Shown here one piece after another: positions 51,481 through 64,000 of a stretch of 64,000 nt of DNA. The DNA is taken from contig MU054323.1 of NCBI GenBank assembly GCA_013239625.1, forward strand, positions 806,001-870,000. The letters run 5' to 3'. The notes beneath the pieces were generated by a model, which had not been told where the DNA came from, searched no databases, and saw nothing but the letters and a program-made list of their open reading frames with translations. This DNA comes from Lama guanicoe (Eukaryota). Position 1 is the stretch's first letter. The number at the start of each line of letters is the position of its first letter. A program made the position numbers and the translations under genes.

Positions 51481-54400
51481 GACAAATTAGGAAGTTAGAC
51501 AGGAGGCACTGATGAAAAAGGCACATGGGTTTCTTTACACATAAGCCATGCAACACGAGTCCCTGCCCCCAAGAAGATCAATGTGTTCAAGAAAAAGAAA
51601 AAGCCACAAGTGACACGGTCAGGATGATGACGACCCTAGAAGGATTTCCGGGTGAGGCTACGGAACTGCCACAGAATAAAGCAGGGATTGGAGAAGGTGG
51701 GTTTTCAGGTCCGGCTTCCAGAGGGGGGGTCCTGGAAAATGGACCTGAGAAAAAGCGCAGCTTATGAACCAGTAAACAAAGGAATCCAGGTTGGGTGAAG
51801 GCAAGAGGAAAAGCCTCTTGTCAACTTACGGATCATCTGTGGGGCGCTGAGTCTGGGGACGAGAAGGCTCCGGGAACCCATGACAATAATTTCCATAAAG
51901 AGCAGTTGTGCACGGTCTCCCAGGGAGAGAAGAAAACTGGGTTCCCTGTGGCCCCAGAGGATAGCGATGTGGCTTGGTGACATTACAAGGAGGCAGAGCT
52001 CAGGCTTGAGTGACACTGGGGCTGGACACGCTCAGTACCTGGAAGGCAGCATAGCTGTCCCAGCCCTGAAACTGAGCCAACTGGCTGAGCCACTGGGCAG
52101 CGCCTTGCAGCTTCCTGGCCCCGTTTCACACATGTATCATGATGGATGCATGTTCCAGGAACCTTTCAAGGTCCTTTTTATTTCTCTTTGGTTTTGAGGA
52201 AGAATGCTCTGTAACTGGAGGGATTTGCGTGGCGGGGGTTCCATGGTCACAGGACACCTTCAGGCAGGGCTGCTGGCAGAGGGGGTGTCCACACTGGGTC
52301 AGCTCCTTATGTTGTTGAGCTTCTCTGGCTTCTAGGAAGCATCAGGGAGTGTGAGCAGGTTGAGGAGAACTGGCAGGGAGAGGGTCGAGGTCATCTTGAA
52401 CTTGAACGCAGGTCTGGAAATGCAGCAACCTGAAGATGCAAAGGGCTGAAGGCATCTGAGAGCAGGCTGCAGCGGCCGGGGGCTCAAGGGGGAGGGACGG
52501 AGGAAAGAGGGTTCCAGTGAGGCTGTGATGGAAGGGAGGGGCCAGCTGGCCGGGAACTCACATGTAGAGGGAAGGGAGAGGATGACGGGCCATTCCAGGA
52601 ATGGAAGGGGAGGCTCCATGTGGGCGAACACAGCCCCAGGAAGATGAACGAATGCTTCTGTCCCTGCCAAGTTCACTGGGTGGTGGGATGGAAACTCCGA
52701 TGTATGATCCAATTTCACGCATCTTTGCAGAGGCCTGTAAAAGCTGTTCAGGGCATCACTGTGAGGGGAGGGGCACAGACACACCCCATCCAGTCATACA
52801 CGTAGAGCCCAGCCCTCTAAGGAGGAAGGGCTCCAGTACACAGAGCCAGAACACAGGTGGTCAAGGATCAGGCCCAGACTGAAGCAGGATATGTCGATGC
52901 AGCTGACTCGATTTGTCCCGGAGACCTGAAGGCCTTAAAATGTGTGCCTGGATCCCAGTTCCAACCCTCAGACTTCCCCTGGAGGCTCAAGAAAGGCTGG
53001 TCATCTGGGTGACATGGATCTGAGGGATGGGGTGAACATGTTCTGCTGTTACTTGGTAAGGAAAACAACTTACATGATGACAGTTTTCAAAATAGCTGTG
53101 TTAAAGCAACCACATAATATTCAGGAGTCTCAAGAACTACCTGTAATCCTCATGACAAAATACCACAGAAAACAGAAGAGGAATGAGCAGGGTTCTCCGG
53201 GGGCACACAGGAAAGAGGCTGAAAGGCACAAAGGGGTGGTTAGAGCAAAGCATGGCCCAGGCAGGCTCACCTAATAATAAATCAGAAGAGAGTTCATGGA
53301 AACTCATCTCTGGGTAGGGATTTTCTGTTCCCACCATGGCACCCATGACATTGCCAGTTTATTCTGATGTGTGCACAGTCGTGCCCTCTGGCCTCAGTGC
53401 ACACAGTCCCACAGGCCCGGGCGCCTCCCAGGGAAACCTCCCTGCCAGGCACACAGCAGCCAACACTCAGTGGAAGTTTCTCGAATCGTCTCCATAAAGA
53501 AATTTGCTTTATAACCAGAGTTTTTCTTCCCCTCTTCATAGGTGCTGTGGCTGAGCCGCCTGGAGCCTGACACCTGCGGAGAGAGGAAGCTGATAAGCAA
53601 ACAAGGCCAGAGGCCGTAGTTGGGATGTTCTGGAATTCCTGAGAACACCAGGCCGGGGCTACTTCCTCAACCCCCAGCAATGGCGGTTCCACACAAAGGC
53701 CATTTTGTGCCACTTGAACAGACGGTTCTTTCCGCTTCTGCCTGCTGGTTCTTATCTGATCTCACATCTCTGCCAGGTTGATGCTCCAGTTTCTCTCATC
53801 TCCACTTTCAATTCCCATTCTCTGTGCCCACTGAGGCTCAGCCCTGGATGCTCAGAGTCTAAGAACCCAGAACAAAGAAGGGAAGAAAAACGGGTTGGGG
53901 AGAGGCATTAGGACAGATGGGAGGAAGGGGAGACCCCTGCTTCAAATAAAAGAGCAATTTCCTGATTACGAAGCTGTGCCACATCTTCCGAGTCTGGTTT
54001 TGGAAGAAACGACCCTTGGAAAGGGATTGGGTAGATTAAAGGAAGAAATGAGAAATAATACTTGAAGTTAGGTCGGGACAGACCAAGGAGTCAGTTAAAT
54101 GTCAGGTGAAGTAATTTCCTGGGATTTTATCCCAGTTTCCTCTTCTTCCTACTCATCTTTCTCCTCATTATAATGTATTGAAAGGCTGCTATAGGAGGAA
54201 GTCACAAGGTGAACTCTCACAACTTGGATTTGCAGAGAAAAATGGTAATTTTTTAAAAAATCTGCATATAGCTGAATGGCCTTGCTCCAGAACCTCCACG
54301 TGCTGGATCGCCAGAATAAAACAAACCACACACACGCCAAACACACGCATTTTTACACGCACGCCTTAGCGAACAAAATGAAAACTATCCAGCCCCACGT

Positions 54401-54768
54401 TTCAATCTGGTATGAAGCTTAGTCTGATCTTACAATTTAGGTCGTCTCTTGAGGGTTTATTCCATCTCTTGGATAAAAATTATGCCATCATTTTGGGGAA
54501 CCCCCCTCCATACTCCTCTGCTGGGGACAGAGTCCGGGCATGTAGGGGAAGTTACTGCTAATGCCCTGGCATTGGGAGGGCTGAGGTCCTCGGCATTATT
54601 CTGGTTCTCAGCCTTGCACTGGGTCCTACCTAAGGAGTTGCCCCTCTCCAGGAAATTGTCAGCAGGGATGTCCAAGAAGTAGGTCACATCTTACTCTCCA
54701 GAAGCCAAAGAAGGGACAAAATCTTTAAATTTGAAGACCCAAAAAGTGCTGCTTGGGATGAATTTAAT

Positions 54769-54797
54769 GAGAGAAAGAAAGAAAGAAAGAAAGAAAG

Positions 54798-54871
<74 letters not shown>

Positions 54872-55017
54872 GAAGGAAGGAAGGAAGGAAGGAAGGAAGG
54901 AAGGAAGGAAGGAAGAGAAAGAAAGGAAGGGAAAGAAAGGAAGGAAGGAAAGGAAGGAAGGAAGGAAGGAAGGAAGGAAGGAAGGAAGGAAGGAAGGAAG
55001 GAAAGAAGGAAGAAAGA
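54769..55017. repeat. 249-bp pure-purine (GAAA)n-(GGAA)n compound microsatellite
   Basis: No pyrimidine on the + strand from 54769 to 55017; a GAAA block is followed by GGAA blocks. Confidence 0.97.
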
Positions 55018-55700
55018 CATCCAGACCTATGCTGGTAAAAGCTCAGAATCAAAGAAAAGAGAAATTCTTCTAAGTTTCCAAATACAGAAAACAAGTAATC
55101 AGGGTATCTTCAGAAAACTGAAGATTAGATTATCACTGAATTTCTCCTTGGCACTGTTGGATGCTTAAAAACAAAGGAACACAGTTTTTCAAAGTTATAA
55201 GATAACATTGTTTTGAAACTGAAGTCCTAAAACTGATTAGAACTAAAATGCAAATAAGAGGGCAAAGTAAAGATGTTCGGGGCAACGCAAGGACTCGTAA
55301 ACTTTACCACTCAGAACCTTCAGCATAGATTCTGGCAAAATAAGTAATAGATTCAAGAAAGAGGAAGATACAGTTTTTAAAGAAGTTGGGCCTTGGAATG
55401 AATAGATAAATAACTCATAACAAATGAAACAATACCACCCAAACATGGAAACCAATAAAACTTACAGTTGAAGTGATTATTTTGGCATAATTTAAAAATA
55501 TTTTAGCACCAATCTGGATCTTAAGATAGAAGGATGATAGGGTTAGAGAGAGGAGGAGAGTGAAGCGTCACTGAGTTTTTATCTTGTTGGGGTAAAGGAT
55601 ATAAATACCAACAGGCTTGGAGGTTGATATGCAGGGCAATGATTTAAGAGTTTTCATTATCAAAACTTAAACAGGAAATACACATATTAAAATATTAGAG

Positions 55701-55961
55701 AAACAAAACAAATGAACATACATAACAAAACAGAAACAGACTTATAGATACAGAGAATAAACTAGTGGTCAGACGGGAGAGGGTGAGGGGGTAAGTGAAA
55801 TGGGAATAAGTGGTACCAAGTACCAGTTACAAAATAAGTAAGTCACAGGGATGTACAGCATGGGGAATATAATCAATCTTTTATAAGAACTTTGTATTGA
55901 ATCACTATGTTGTACACCTGAAACTAACATAATATTGTAAGTCAACTACACTTCAATTAAA
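55701..55961 (+). mobile_element. Younger L1 (L1MA9-like) 3'-UTR fragment nested in the older L1
   Basis: acaaaacagaaacagacttatagatacagagaataaactagtgg...gaatcactatgttgtacacctgaaactaacataatattgtaagtcaactacacttcaattaaaaaa. Flanked by a probable TSD aaaatattagag (55689-700) / aaaatactagag (55962-73). Confidence 0.85.
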
Positions 55962-58057
55962 AAAATACTAGAGGGACAAAATGAATAAAGGAAACTCAAT
56001 TGATTAAAATAAAAATGGGACAGAGAAATAGAAAGAAACACCAAGAAACACTAAATAGAAAATATGCATGCAAAACCATTCCAGCAGACATAATTGCAAT
56101 GAAAATGAACAGAGAAGACCCTTAGCTAGAGTCCCGCTCTGCACTGCCTACCAGCAGCACACCTAAAACAGAGAGAAACATAGAAGGCACAGTTTAAAGT
56201 GACTCTCGTGTCTACACCAGGCACATGGCTGTGGTACAAGTGCCGAAACAGCAATGTTAATTTTAGGCAAGAGAGACTTTAAAGTGAGGATTTCTAAGCA
56301 AGACAACACAGAGGGAAAATATTTAATAAAGATTATAATCCTTAAGTGGTCCTGAACCACGGGTTTTTAGTCCTTTCACAATCTTGTTTCAAAATCTGCA
56401 AAGGAAAACTGACAAATTATAAGAGAAATCCACATTCATGTAGGACGTTTTAATGCCTATTGTTCTGAAATTAGCAGATCAAGGAAACCATAAAAAAGGA
56501 TTGAGGGCCGGCTTCCCAGCCCTCCCCACAGCAGTGGGCCACAGATGGGTCACGGAAGTGCTGAGATACTGATCCATGTGGCCACGGAGTGGGCTGGTGG
56601 GACCTGAGGCGGCCACAGCCTTCAATCAGTTACCTCCAATTTCAGGCAGCTTTGTTCTTTTCCTGAAGGTGCCATCCCAGCAAATCTCTGTGTGAGCTGT
56701 GCTCTGACCTAAACAAATCTAGGAGTGACTGAGAATAATTCACTAGGTTCTGAAACATATGATGGGGCATGTATGTATGATATCTTATATATATGTTTGT
56801 ATTCCATGTATTTACATATAAATTCTGTGAAACTAGACCGATAAAGAGGAAAAACACATTTTTTTCCAAAAATACAAAAACAAAAATTGACAGTATGTTA
56901 CATCTCAAAGAGAATCTTCATGAAATTTAAAAAATGAAAATGAACAATGATCTTATTCTCTGGCTATAATGTAATAAAATTAGAATATATATCAAAAGTT
57001 GGCTTACACTAACACTATATTAATTCAAATTTTAAAAATTTTACATACCATAGCAACACTTTCCGTGTGTTTTTTTGTACATATGTTATGCTTCAGTAAA
57101 AAGGCTACTTTAAATGTTTTGAATTAAGGAGAATATAAAAATATCTATCTTGAAATCTGAGTGCACTGCATTCTAAAACTATAGAATGTTGGTTTAGTAA
57201 TATCCATAGCAAAATATATAGTCTTACTTTCATATAAAAGAAAAAAGCAAGGTGTAGAATAAAGGAAGTAAGCATGCAATTAAGAAAAGTAGGAAAAACA
57301 TCAAAACAAATCAAAATAAGATAGAAGAATATTTAATAAAGACAAAAGCAAAAATATGGACATTTTAAAAAAGTGACAAAAAAACTTCAATAATTAAATG
57401 AAGTGATTGTTCTCTGCAAACATCAATGAAACAGAAAATCTCTGATAAATTAATCCAGAAAACCAAAAAAAAAGGAAAAAATAAATATTGGAAAATGAAA
57501 GTGATTAAAAATGATAGAATAATACATTGGTTTGTTTTGATGGAAGCTGAAAACTAGAAAATATGGATAATTTTTCTAGTAACATACGATTTAGCGAAAT
57601 TGAATCAATGTAAGTTAGCACATCTCTCTATTAACATAGGAGAAATGGAAAAAAGTAGCCCAAATCTTACCCTATGAAAGAGTTCAATCCAGGTTGATGT
57701 TATAAATGAGGTAATTCCTGTCGTGTTAACTGCTCTGGAGCACAGAAAAAGATGGACACTTCACAGCCAATGAAATGCTATCCTGAGACTAAAATCTGAG
57801 CTAGGCTAGAGAACACATTCACCAGTCTTGGCCAACCTCAAAAACAGATATGCGAAACTCAGAAGCAGCGCACTTATAAAACTGAATTTTGCAGTGAATT
57901 AAAAGAATAATGCATTATGGTAACTAAAGCTTCTCCCTTCTACTCTTGCATGTAATAATGGTTCCCCATCAGGAAAACGATGAAATTCACTGTTTAGCAC
58001 ATAGAAGGGCAAGAGACATGGGGATTGTCTTAACAGATGCCAGAGACATTTTTGATG

Positions 58058-58106
58058 TCTCTTTCTCCCTCTCTCTCTCGCTCTCTCTCTCTCTCACACA
58101 CACACA
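58058..58106. repeat. (CT)n(CA)n compound microsatellite
   Basis: Directly visible. Confidence 0.9.
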
Positions 58107-58689
58107 GTGCACACATTCTCTCCTCAGTAAGCTAACAATAGAAGGAAACATCCTGACTCGTACAAAGTAAATCTACGCAGTTACACAACTTACTCAATGA
58201 AATCAAAGGATAAGAGGAATAAATATTAGAAAGCAAAAATAGATATTTGCAGACCACTTAATTATTTATATGCTAAAACTAGCATACAAGAATAACAAAT
58301 TTTGTTAGGTGACTGGACTCAAGACCAACATAAAAACTCAATAAATTTCAATATATATTAACTATTATTTGGAAATTATAAGGGAAAGCAAGCAATTTCT
58401 ATAGCTACAAAAATGAATTAAAAATACCTTGGGAAAACCCTAACAAAAATACGCACAGCCTATGTGAAGTAAATCAGAAAACTGAAGGATATTAAAAAAC
58501 TCCCTAGTGGAATAGACCTAATATTTTTAAAAAATATCACGTTCACTCGTCAACTTAAAAATTTAATGTAGCCCTATTTATAATATGATACTTGACAAAT
58601 GGATCCAAATATTTATATGGAATTGAAAATAAATGTAATGTTACAGAATAGTCTTGCTTTTAAATCGTGAAATACAGGGTTGGTTTGCT

Positions 58690-60170
58690 AATATGCAATT
58701 TATTTATATACGTAGGTTTTTTCCCCCAGATTTATTAGGTCTGTGGTTTTATTTTGAGTGCCTTTATAACAATTTGATATTAGCATTTAGCTATAAAAAT
58801 AATCAGGGGATGTTCTATCTCTTTCAGTGCTCTAAAATTCATAATAGCATATAAATTATTTAATCCTTACAGGTCTATTTTTTAAAATATTTTGCACTAG
58901 TGCCATTTTATTGGGCCAGTTTTTGGTGACTGGGTTTTAAGAGTTTTTCAGTTACTGGTCCACTCAGATTTTGTTTTTCATTAACATAAAAGAGATTTTC
59001 AAATTCATTAGCATCCATTATACATAGCATTTTCTTATAGTTTTAAAATATCCTTCAAAGGGCTGCTTTTTGATGCTTTTTAATTCTACTCTTTTACTTT
59101 TTTCTCTGGTATAATTTATTAGAGAATTGTCATTTTATTGCTTTCATCCATTAATTCTGCTTTTTAAAACATGTCTAAACGTAATTTTGTTATTTTCTAA
59201 TTCACAGTATATAGTATTTTTATCTTTATGAATTTATTTCTAGTTTTGATTTCCTTCATTCAACTTTTTGAGCTTGATGCTTATTTTATTTATTCTCGGT
59301 CTTTTTAATTTAATAATGAGAGACCTTTAAAATGAAGGATTTCCTTTAGCTATATAAATACATGTTTTGCTATCTTGTGTTTTTATTGTCATTACTTACA
59401 AATTTACTAATAATTTTATATCAAATGGGATTTTCCCTTTGAAACAGAAGTTAATTAAAAGAGTAATGTTTCAAGTTTTAAAAATTTAAGTTTGCTATTT
59501 TTTTGCTAGTAATTTCCTATTTCGTTAGTGTGGTTAGTGACTGTGGCCTATAAATCTCTATTAGGGAACTCTTTTCTTTGCTGAGTTTGACATGGTCAAT
59601 AGTCTGTGTACAGTAGAAGAATGGTTGGGTATTTAAGCTTGTTTGGTGTACACTTTAGTCTCATGTTATTTATTTTCTCCTCGTTACCTCATATTCTGAA
59701 GGGTTTCTGTTGAAAATCTAAGAGTTCATAGGTATTCCAGATTCACCGTGAGGTATATATTTCAGTAATCTGTAATCTCCCCCTCGGTGCTTTTTGCTTT
59801 GAATTCCACTTCATTTTTATAATGTGGCCACTACAGCTTGCATTTTGTTTGTATTTTCTGGTATAATCTGATCTGTTGCTTTGTTTTAAGCTTCTGATAC
59901 ATTTCGTCTGCATAACTCATTCACATTTATTATGGATGATGGATACACTGACCTCATTCTTGCCGTATTATTTTATGCTTCCTGTTGCCTGTGCTTTCTT
60001 ATTATTCCCTGTCTGCTTTCTCCTATATTGATCTGGAAGTTGTTAATCCGATTTCAAGTCTTCTCATGATTGTTTTACATTAAAAAACAAAGCTGTATTT
60101 CTCCATCAACGTCAAGAATGAAGCAGAATATGCATATTTATTTACCACCTTCAACCCAAGCAAGATGAAA
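58690..60170 (-). mobile_element. Decayed ancient L1 remnant in opposite orientation
   Basis: Abrupt switch to a T-rich strand with reversed-L1-like motifs (ttttcaaattcattagcat, tttttgctttgaattccacttc, gccactacagcttgcattttg). Confidence 0.55.
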
Positions 60171-60969
60171 GCCTGAGCCCTCAGAACACGAGGAGGGGTT
60201 CTCCTTGTTCTGTTCTGTTTTCAGGTGTGTTCTCCTTTTTCTCCCAGAGATTCTGTCTCCCTGTGTCCCATCTGCTCTGCGTACTGGGCTTGGTTACCTG
60301 TATTAACTGCCTGAAAACTGTCGCATACCCAGTGATATTTCTGTCTAATCATCTTCCTAGCAGGAGGTCAAGCTTGCTAGATGTCGACAATGAAGATGGG
60401 CCCCCAGGAGACTGTGCAGGCAATCTTGCAATTCCTTCCATGAAGAGATTCTTCTGTGTCCATCCTGTCAATCAAAGCTGTGACGTGTCCCCAGCTGCCT
60501 GTGCATGTGTGTTGAAAGCAACATGAGAAGACAACCTCGTCCTGGTGAGTTCTGACACGTGACTTTATTCCTCTTCTGTTGTTTCCCATCCTGAAAAATG
60601 ATCCATGAGATATTACGATCTTGGTGTGGGACGCATGGAGGGATGGGGGTGGAACTGACTCCATTTCCTTACCGCCAAGGATGGCTTCACCTTGCTGGTG
60701 GCAAATGCTGCCCTCTCTCCACTCGTGTTTGTCACTTCTGGTATGAGATAGGAACCGCCACTATTTTTTCATAGTCTTATATCTTATTCTCCGGCTGATT
60801 CCCTTCAGTGAGAAATTGAAAAGGGAAATGGGGATGTGGAGGGATGTGGAAGACCCTGGAGTCTTGCTGGCTTTCACTTAATAGATGCCCATGGCTATCC
60901 GTGGATGGAATATGATTTAACACCTTTGCATTCATATCCATTTTCATACAGTTACAAGCTTCTTTGGGG

Positions 60970-61449
60970 AACTTAGGCTGAGTTCCCCAGAAGCTGACTG
61001 TGAGAGGAAAATGTATGCAAATGATTTATGTAGAATGTGTTACGGGGTTCAGCGAAGGGGTGACAGGAGCAGAGCAGGAAAGAGGAAGGAGGAGGAAATC
61101 AACCAAACATGAAACTACAGCAGAGCTCTAGCCTCAGCCCGACTCCCCAGGGGAGCCCTGGAGTGCAAATGATGCCTCAGGGTTGAATTCCCTGGAGTTG
61201 CAGGGAGCCTCATTCTCCCACGCCGACCACTGGGCTGCAGGCTCAGGGAGCGGGGCTGGAGGGAGGTGAGGGAGAATGTAAACCCCCAGGCTCTCTGGCT
61301 CTGTGTGCTTTCAGGTAAAGCAGATCCAGAGACTCAAGAAGAGTCTCAGGTGAGACCCTACAAAGCAAAGAAAGAGGGAGAAATAGACACCCCCAAAGAG
61401 TACAAGGACTGGAGAGGATCTGGGTGCAGCAACAAGAGTGTCTGCCACA
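60970..61449 (-). mobile_element. LTR16-like ERVL solo LTR
   Basis: cttaggctgagttccccagaagctgactgtgagagg...tgcaaatgatttat resembles the reversed LTR16 3' end. The element ends agtgtctgccaca (TGTGGCAGACAC on minus). Confidence 0.65.
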
Positions 61450-61842
61450 GAAACTTTGTTTTGATTTTATTTTAATTCGTCATTTTCTTGGGTGTCCTAT
61501 GTTCTGTCAGTGTGTCCACTTGACCACCTTAAGGCATCTCTTAAGAAGCTTAAGAAGCAAATGTGGTCATTTTAGCAAAGGGAAAAAAATTCGTCTTTCT
61601 GTTACTGAGAGATGCTGGATCAAGCACAGAAAAATTTCACACCAGGACTTTCTTTCTGAAAGATTATTTGGGGACTCCTAACGGCCACCTGCCACGACCA
61701 CTTTCCCATGGAGACTTCTGGTCGTTGGGAAAAAACAGCAGCTTTACTAAGGGAGGAGCACTGCTAGGCATTCACAGTTTCCTTTTGGCCTGGACTTTGC
61801 CTGAACTTTCCCCTGACATGCTCACTTTTGAAAAGGCCTGGC

Positions 61843-62235
61843 AGTTCTATTTTTAATTTTTTGACGAATCTCCATACTCTTTTCCACAGTGGCTGCACCA
61901 ATTTACATTCTCACTACACATCCCTTTTCTCCACCTCCTCACCAACACTTATCTCTTGTTTTTTTGACAACAGCCATTCTGACTAGTGTGAGGTGATAAA
62001 GCATTGCGGTTTTCATTGGCATCCCCAGGTGACTAGTGATTTGAGCATCTTTCCGTGTACCTGCTGGCCATTCATATGTTGTCTTTGGAAAAGTGTCTAT
62101 TCAGGTTCTTTGCTCATTTTTCAATTGGGTTGTTAATGTTTTTGCTCTTGAGTTGTATGACTTTCTTACGTATTTTTTCTTCTTTTCCTTTCTTACATAT
62201 TTTGAACATTAACCTTTGAGCAGATGGATGGTTTT
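61843..62235 (-). mobile_element. L1 ORF2 C-terminal fragment
   Basis: ttccacagtggctgcaccaatttacattctcac...cagccattctgactagtgtgaggtgat...gagcatctttcc...tctttggaaaagtgtctattcaggttctttgctcattttt. Confidence 0.92.
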
Positions 62236-62679
62236 CTGTTACTATTTTTTGTTTGCTTATTTAAAGTTCTTTTTACTTTGATTTTTTATGTTGTTACTTT
62301 GCCCTTCCTCATTTGTTTTCAGTTTTTCTTGTTTTCTAATTCATACATTTGGCTTCATATTTCTACATCTACATCTACTACATCTCTCAATTTCGAGGTG
62401 TAGTCTGTTGTTCATTTATAGATAGTAAGTAATTTCCATTTTTATTTTATTTTCAATCATGAGTTATTTGAAAATGAGTCAATAGTATCCAGTTTCATAT
62501 ACATTTTACTTTTAGTTTAAGCTTTACTCTTTATGATCAATAAAATGTAGACTCTTTAATGTATTTTTATCAGCTTCTTAACTCCCTATTGCTTTTCTTC
62601 TGGCCTTTTCTCTTTGCTGAATTATATTCTTAAGTATATCTATCATTTGATATATGTTATCATTTAGAAACTGTGTTGT

Positions 62680-63316
62680 CTTACCTTTCACATTTAGATA
62701 AACAGTTTTAATCTGATGTTTGCGTATGATGTATATCATACAAAGTACGGGTCAAGATTTATGGTTTTCAATATGAAAGTTGATTTGAACTAGAAAAAAA
62801 ATAGTGAAAAGGCTATCCTTTCCCTATCACTATGCAGAAGCATTTTATCACAAATGAATTTTCCATATATATGTGAATCTCTTCCTGAATCCTCTCTTGT
62901 TCTCCACTAATTTCTTTGTCTGTCTCTAAGCCAATTCTGTACCCTCTTAATTACTGTATTACTTAATTACTTACTTTCTAATAAGTCTTGATATCTGGCA
63001 GTGCAATTTCTCCAATTGTGTTTTAGTCTTTATGATTCTTATGGCTGTTTTTTTTTTTGGTCCTTTACATTTCCATTTTAATTTCAGTATCAATTCATCA
63101 GTTTAAAAAAATACTAAGAAAAGAAACCAAAAAACTCTTCTGGTATTATGATTTTGCAATGAATCTTTATACCGAATTGGGGATAATTAACATCTTTATA
63201 ATTTGGGGTCTCCCAGTTCATCATATGCTATATTCCTTTATTTATGTCTTCTTTCATTTATCTCAATAATGTTTTGCATATTTCTGTACAGAGTGTTTCT
63301 TATATCTTTTGTTTGA
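62680..63316 (-). mobile_element. Older L1M ORF2 fragment
   Basis: ataagtcttgatatctggcagtgc...ggtcctttacatttccattttaattt...gaattggggataattaacatctttataat. Confidence 0.8.
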
Positions 63317-63318
63317 TA

Positions 63319-64000
63319 CAGTAGCCTCCCCTTACCCATGGTTTTGCTTTCCACAGCTTCAGTTACCCATGGTGAACTGCGGTCTGAAAATATTAAATGA
63401 AAAATTCCAGAAATGAACAATGCCTAAGTTTTAAGTTGCATGCCTTTCTGAGTAGCATAATGAAATCTTGTGCCCTCCTGCTCTGTCCCACCCGTTATTC
63501 ACTTAGTAGCCATCTTACTTATCAAATCGACAGTCACAGTATCACAGTGCTTGTGTTCAAGTGAACCCTTACTTTACTTAGTAATGGCCCCAAAGTGCAA
63601 GAGTAGTGATGCTGCCAATTCAGATGTGCCACAGGGAAGTCATAAAGTTTTCCCTTTAAGTGAAAGAGTGACAGCTTTTGACTTAACAAAGAAAGGAAAA
63701 AGTCGCATGCTGAGGTTGCTAAGATCTAGTAAGAACAAATCTTCTATCTGTGAAATTGTGAAGAAGGAAAAGGAGCTTCATGCTAGTTTTGCTGTCATAT
63801 CTCAAACTATAAAAGTTACTATCACAGTGTGTGATAAGTGCTTAGTTTAGATGGAAAAGGTATTAAATTTGTGCAATAAAATTTTCGAGAGAGAGAGAGG
63901 GCACATTCATATAACTTTCATTGCAGTATATTGTTATTTTTGTTCTATTTATTATTAGTTATTGCAATTAATCTCTTGCTATGATTAATTTATAAGTTAA
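63319..64000 (+). mobile_element. MER44C/D (Tigger7-derived) element, truncated by the window end
   Basis: TA|CAGTAGCCTCCCCTTACCCATGGTTTTGCTTTCC terminal repeat. Encodes MAPKCKSSDAANSD...HKVFPLSE...KNKSSICEIVKKEKEL from the ATG at 63584. Confidence 0.9.

Larger units (their letters stand above)
55020..58630 (+). mobile_element. Highly decayed ancient L1 (ORF1 end plus ORF2 remnants) with nested insertions
   Basis: A-rich. ORF1-like cagacctatgctggtaaaa...aagattagattatcactgaatttctcc; endonuclease-like acagcaatgttaattttaggcaagagagactttaaag...gagggaaaatatttaataaag; RT-like tatttgcagaccacttaattattta. Confidence 0.65.

Noticed and set aside
54684..55168. KERK/EGRK- and SFLP-repeat ORFs
   Set aside because: Translations of the GAAA/GGAA microsatellite
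63470..63850. Transposase-like ORF as a functional gene
   Set aside because: Internally deleted MER44 with no DDE catalytic domain, and the frame is locally shifted relative to the other copy

Overview
This is mammalian genomic DNA, not prokaryotic. It is most likely camelid, judged from a tRNA-derived SINE at 47052-47205 that resembles the camelid Vic-1 type. The main feature is a CpG-island promoter at about 37720-38110. It has two GC boxes and a short ATG-free first exon on the minus strand, ending in a GGG|GTAAGC donor at 37891/37890. Positions 1-37890 therefore look like the start of a long first intron or 5'-UTR region of a minus-strand gene; its coding exons appear to lie outside the window and I could not identify the gene. 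Positions 38.1-64 kb look like upstream or intergenic DNA that becomes AT-rich and LINE-1-dense after about 47 kb. The rest is fossil repeats (MIR, L2, L1, MLT/LTR16 LTRs, hAT MER20/MER63, five Tigger-family elements) and microsatellites. Repeat family names come from my memory of consensus sequences and boundaries are approximate. I found no credible host protein-coding exon, RNA gene or CRISPR array, and no convincing novel biological system. The findings are modest leads: candidate non-coding exons, motif clusters, non-B-DNA tracts and micro-duplications.
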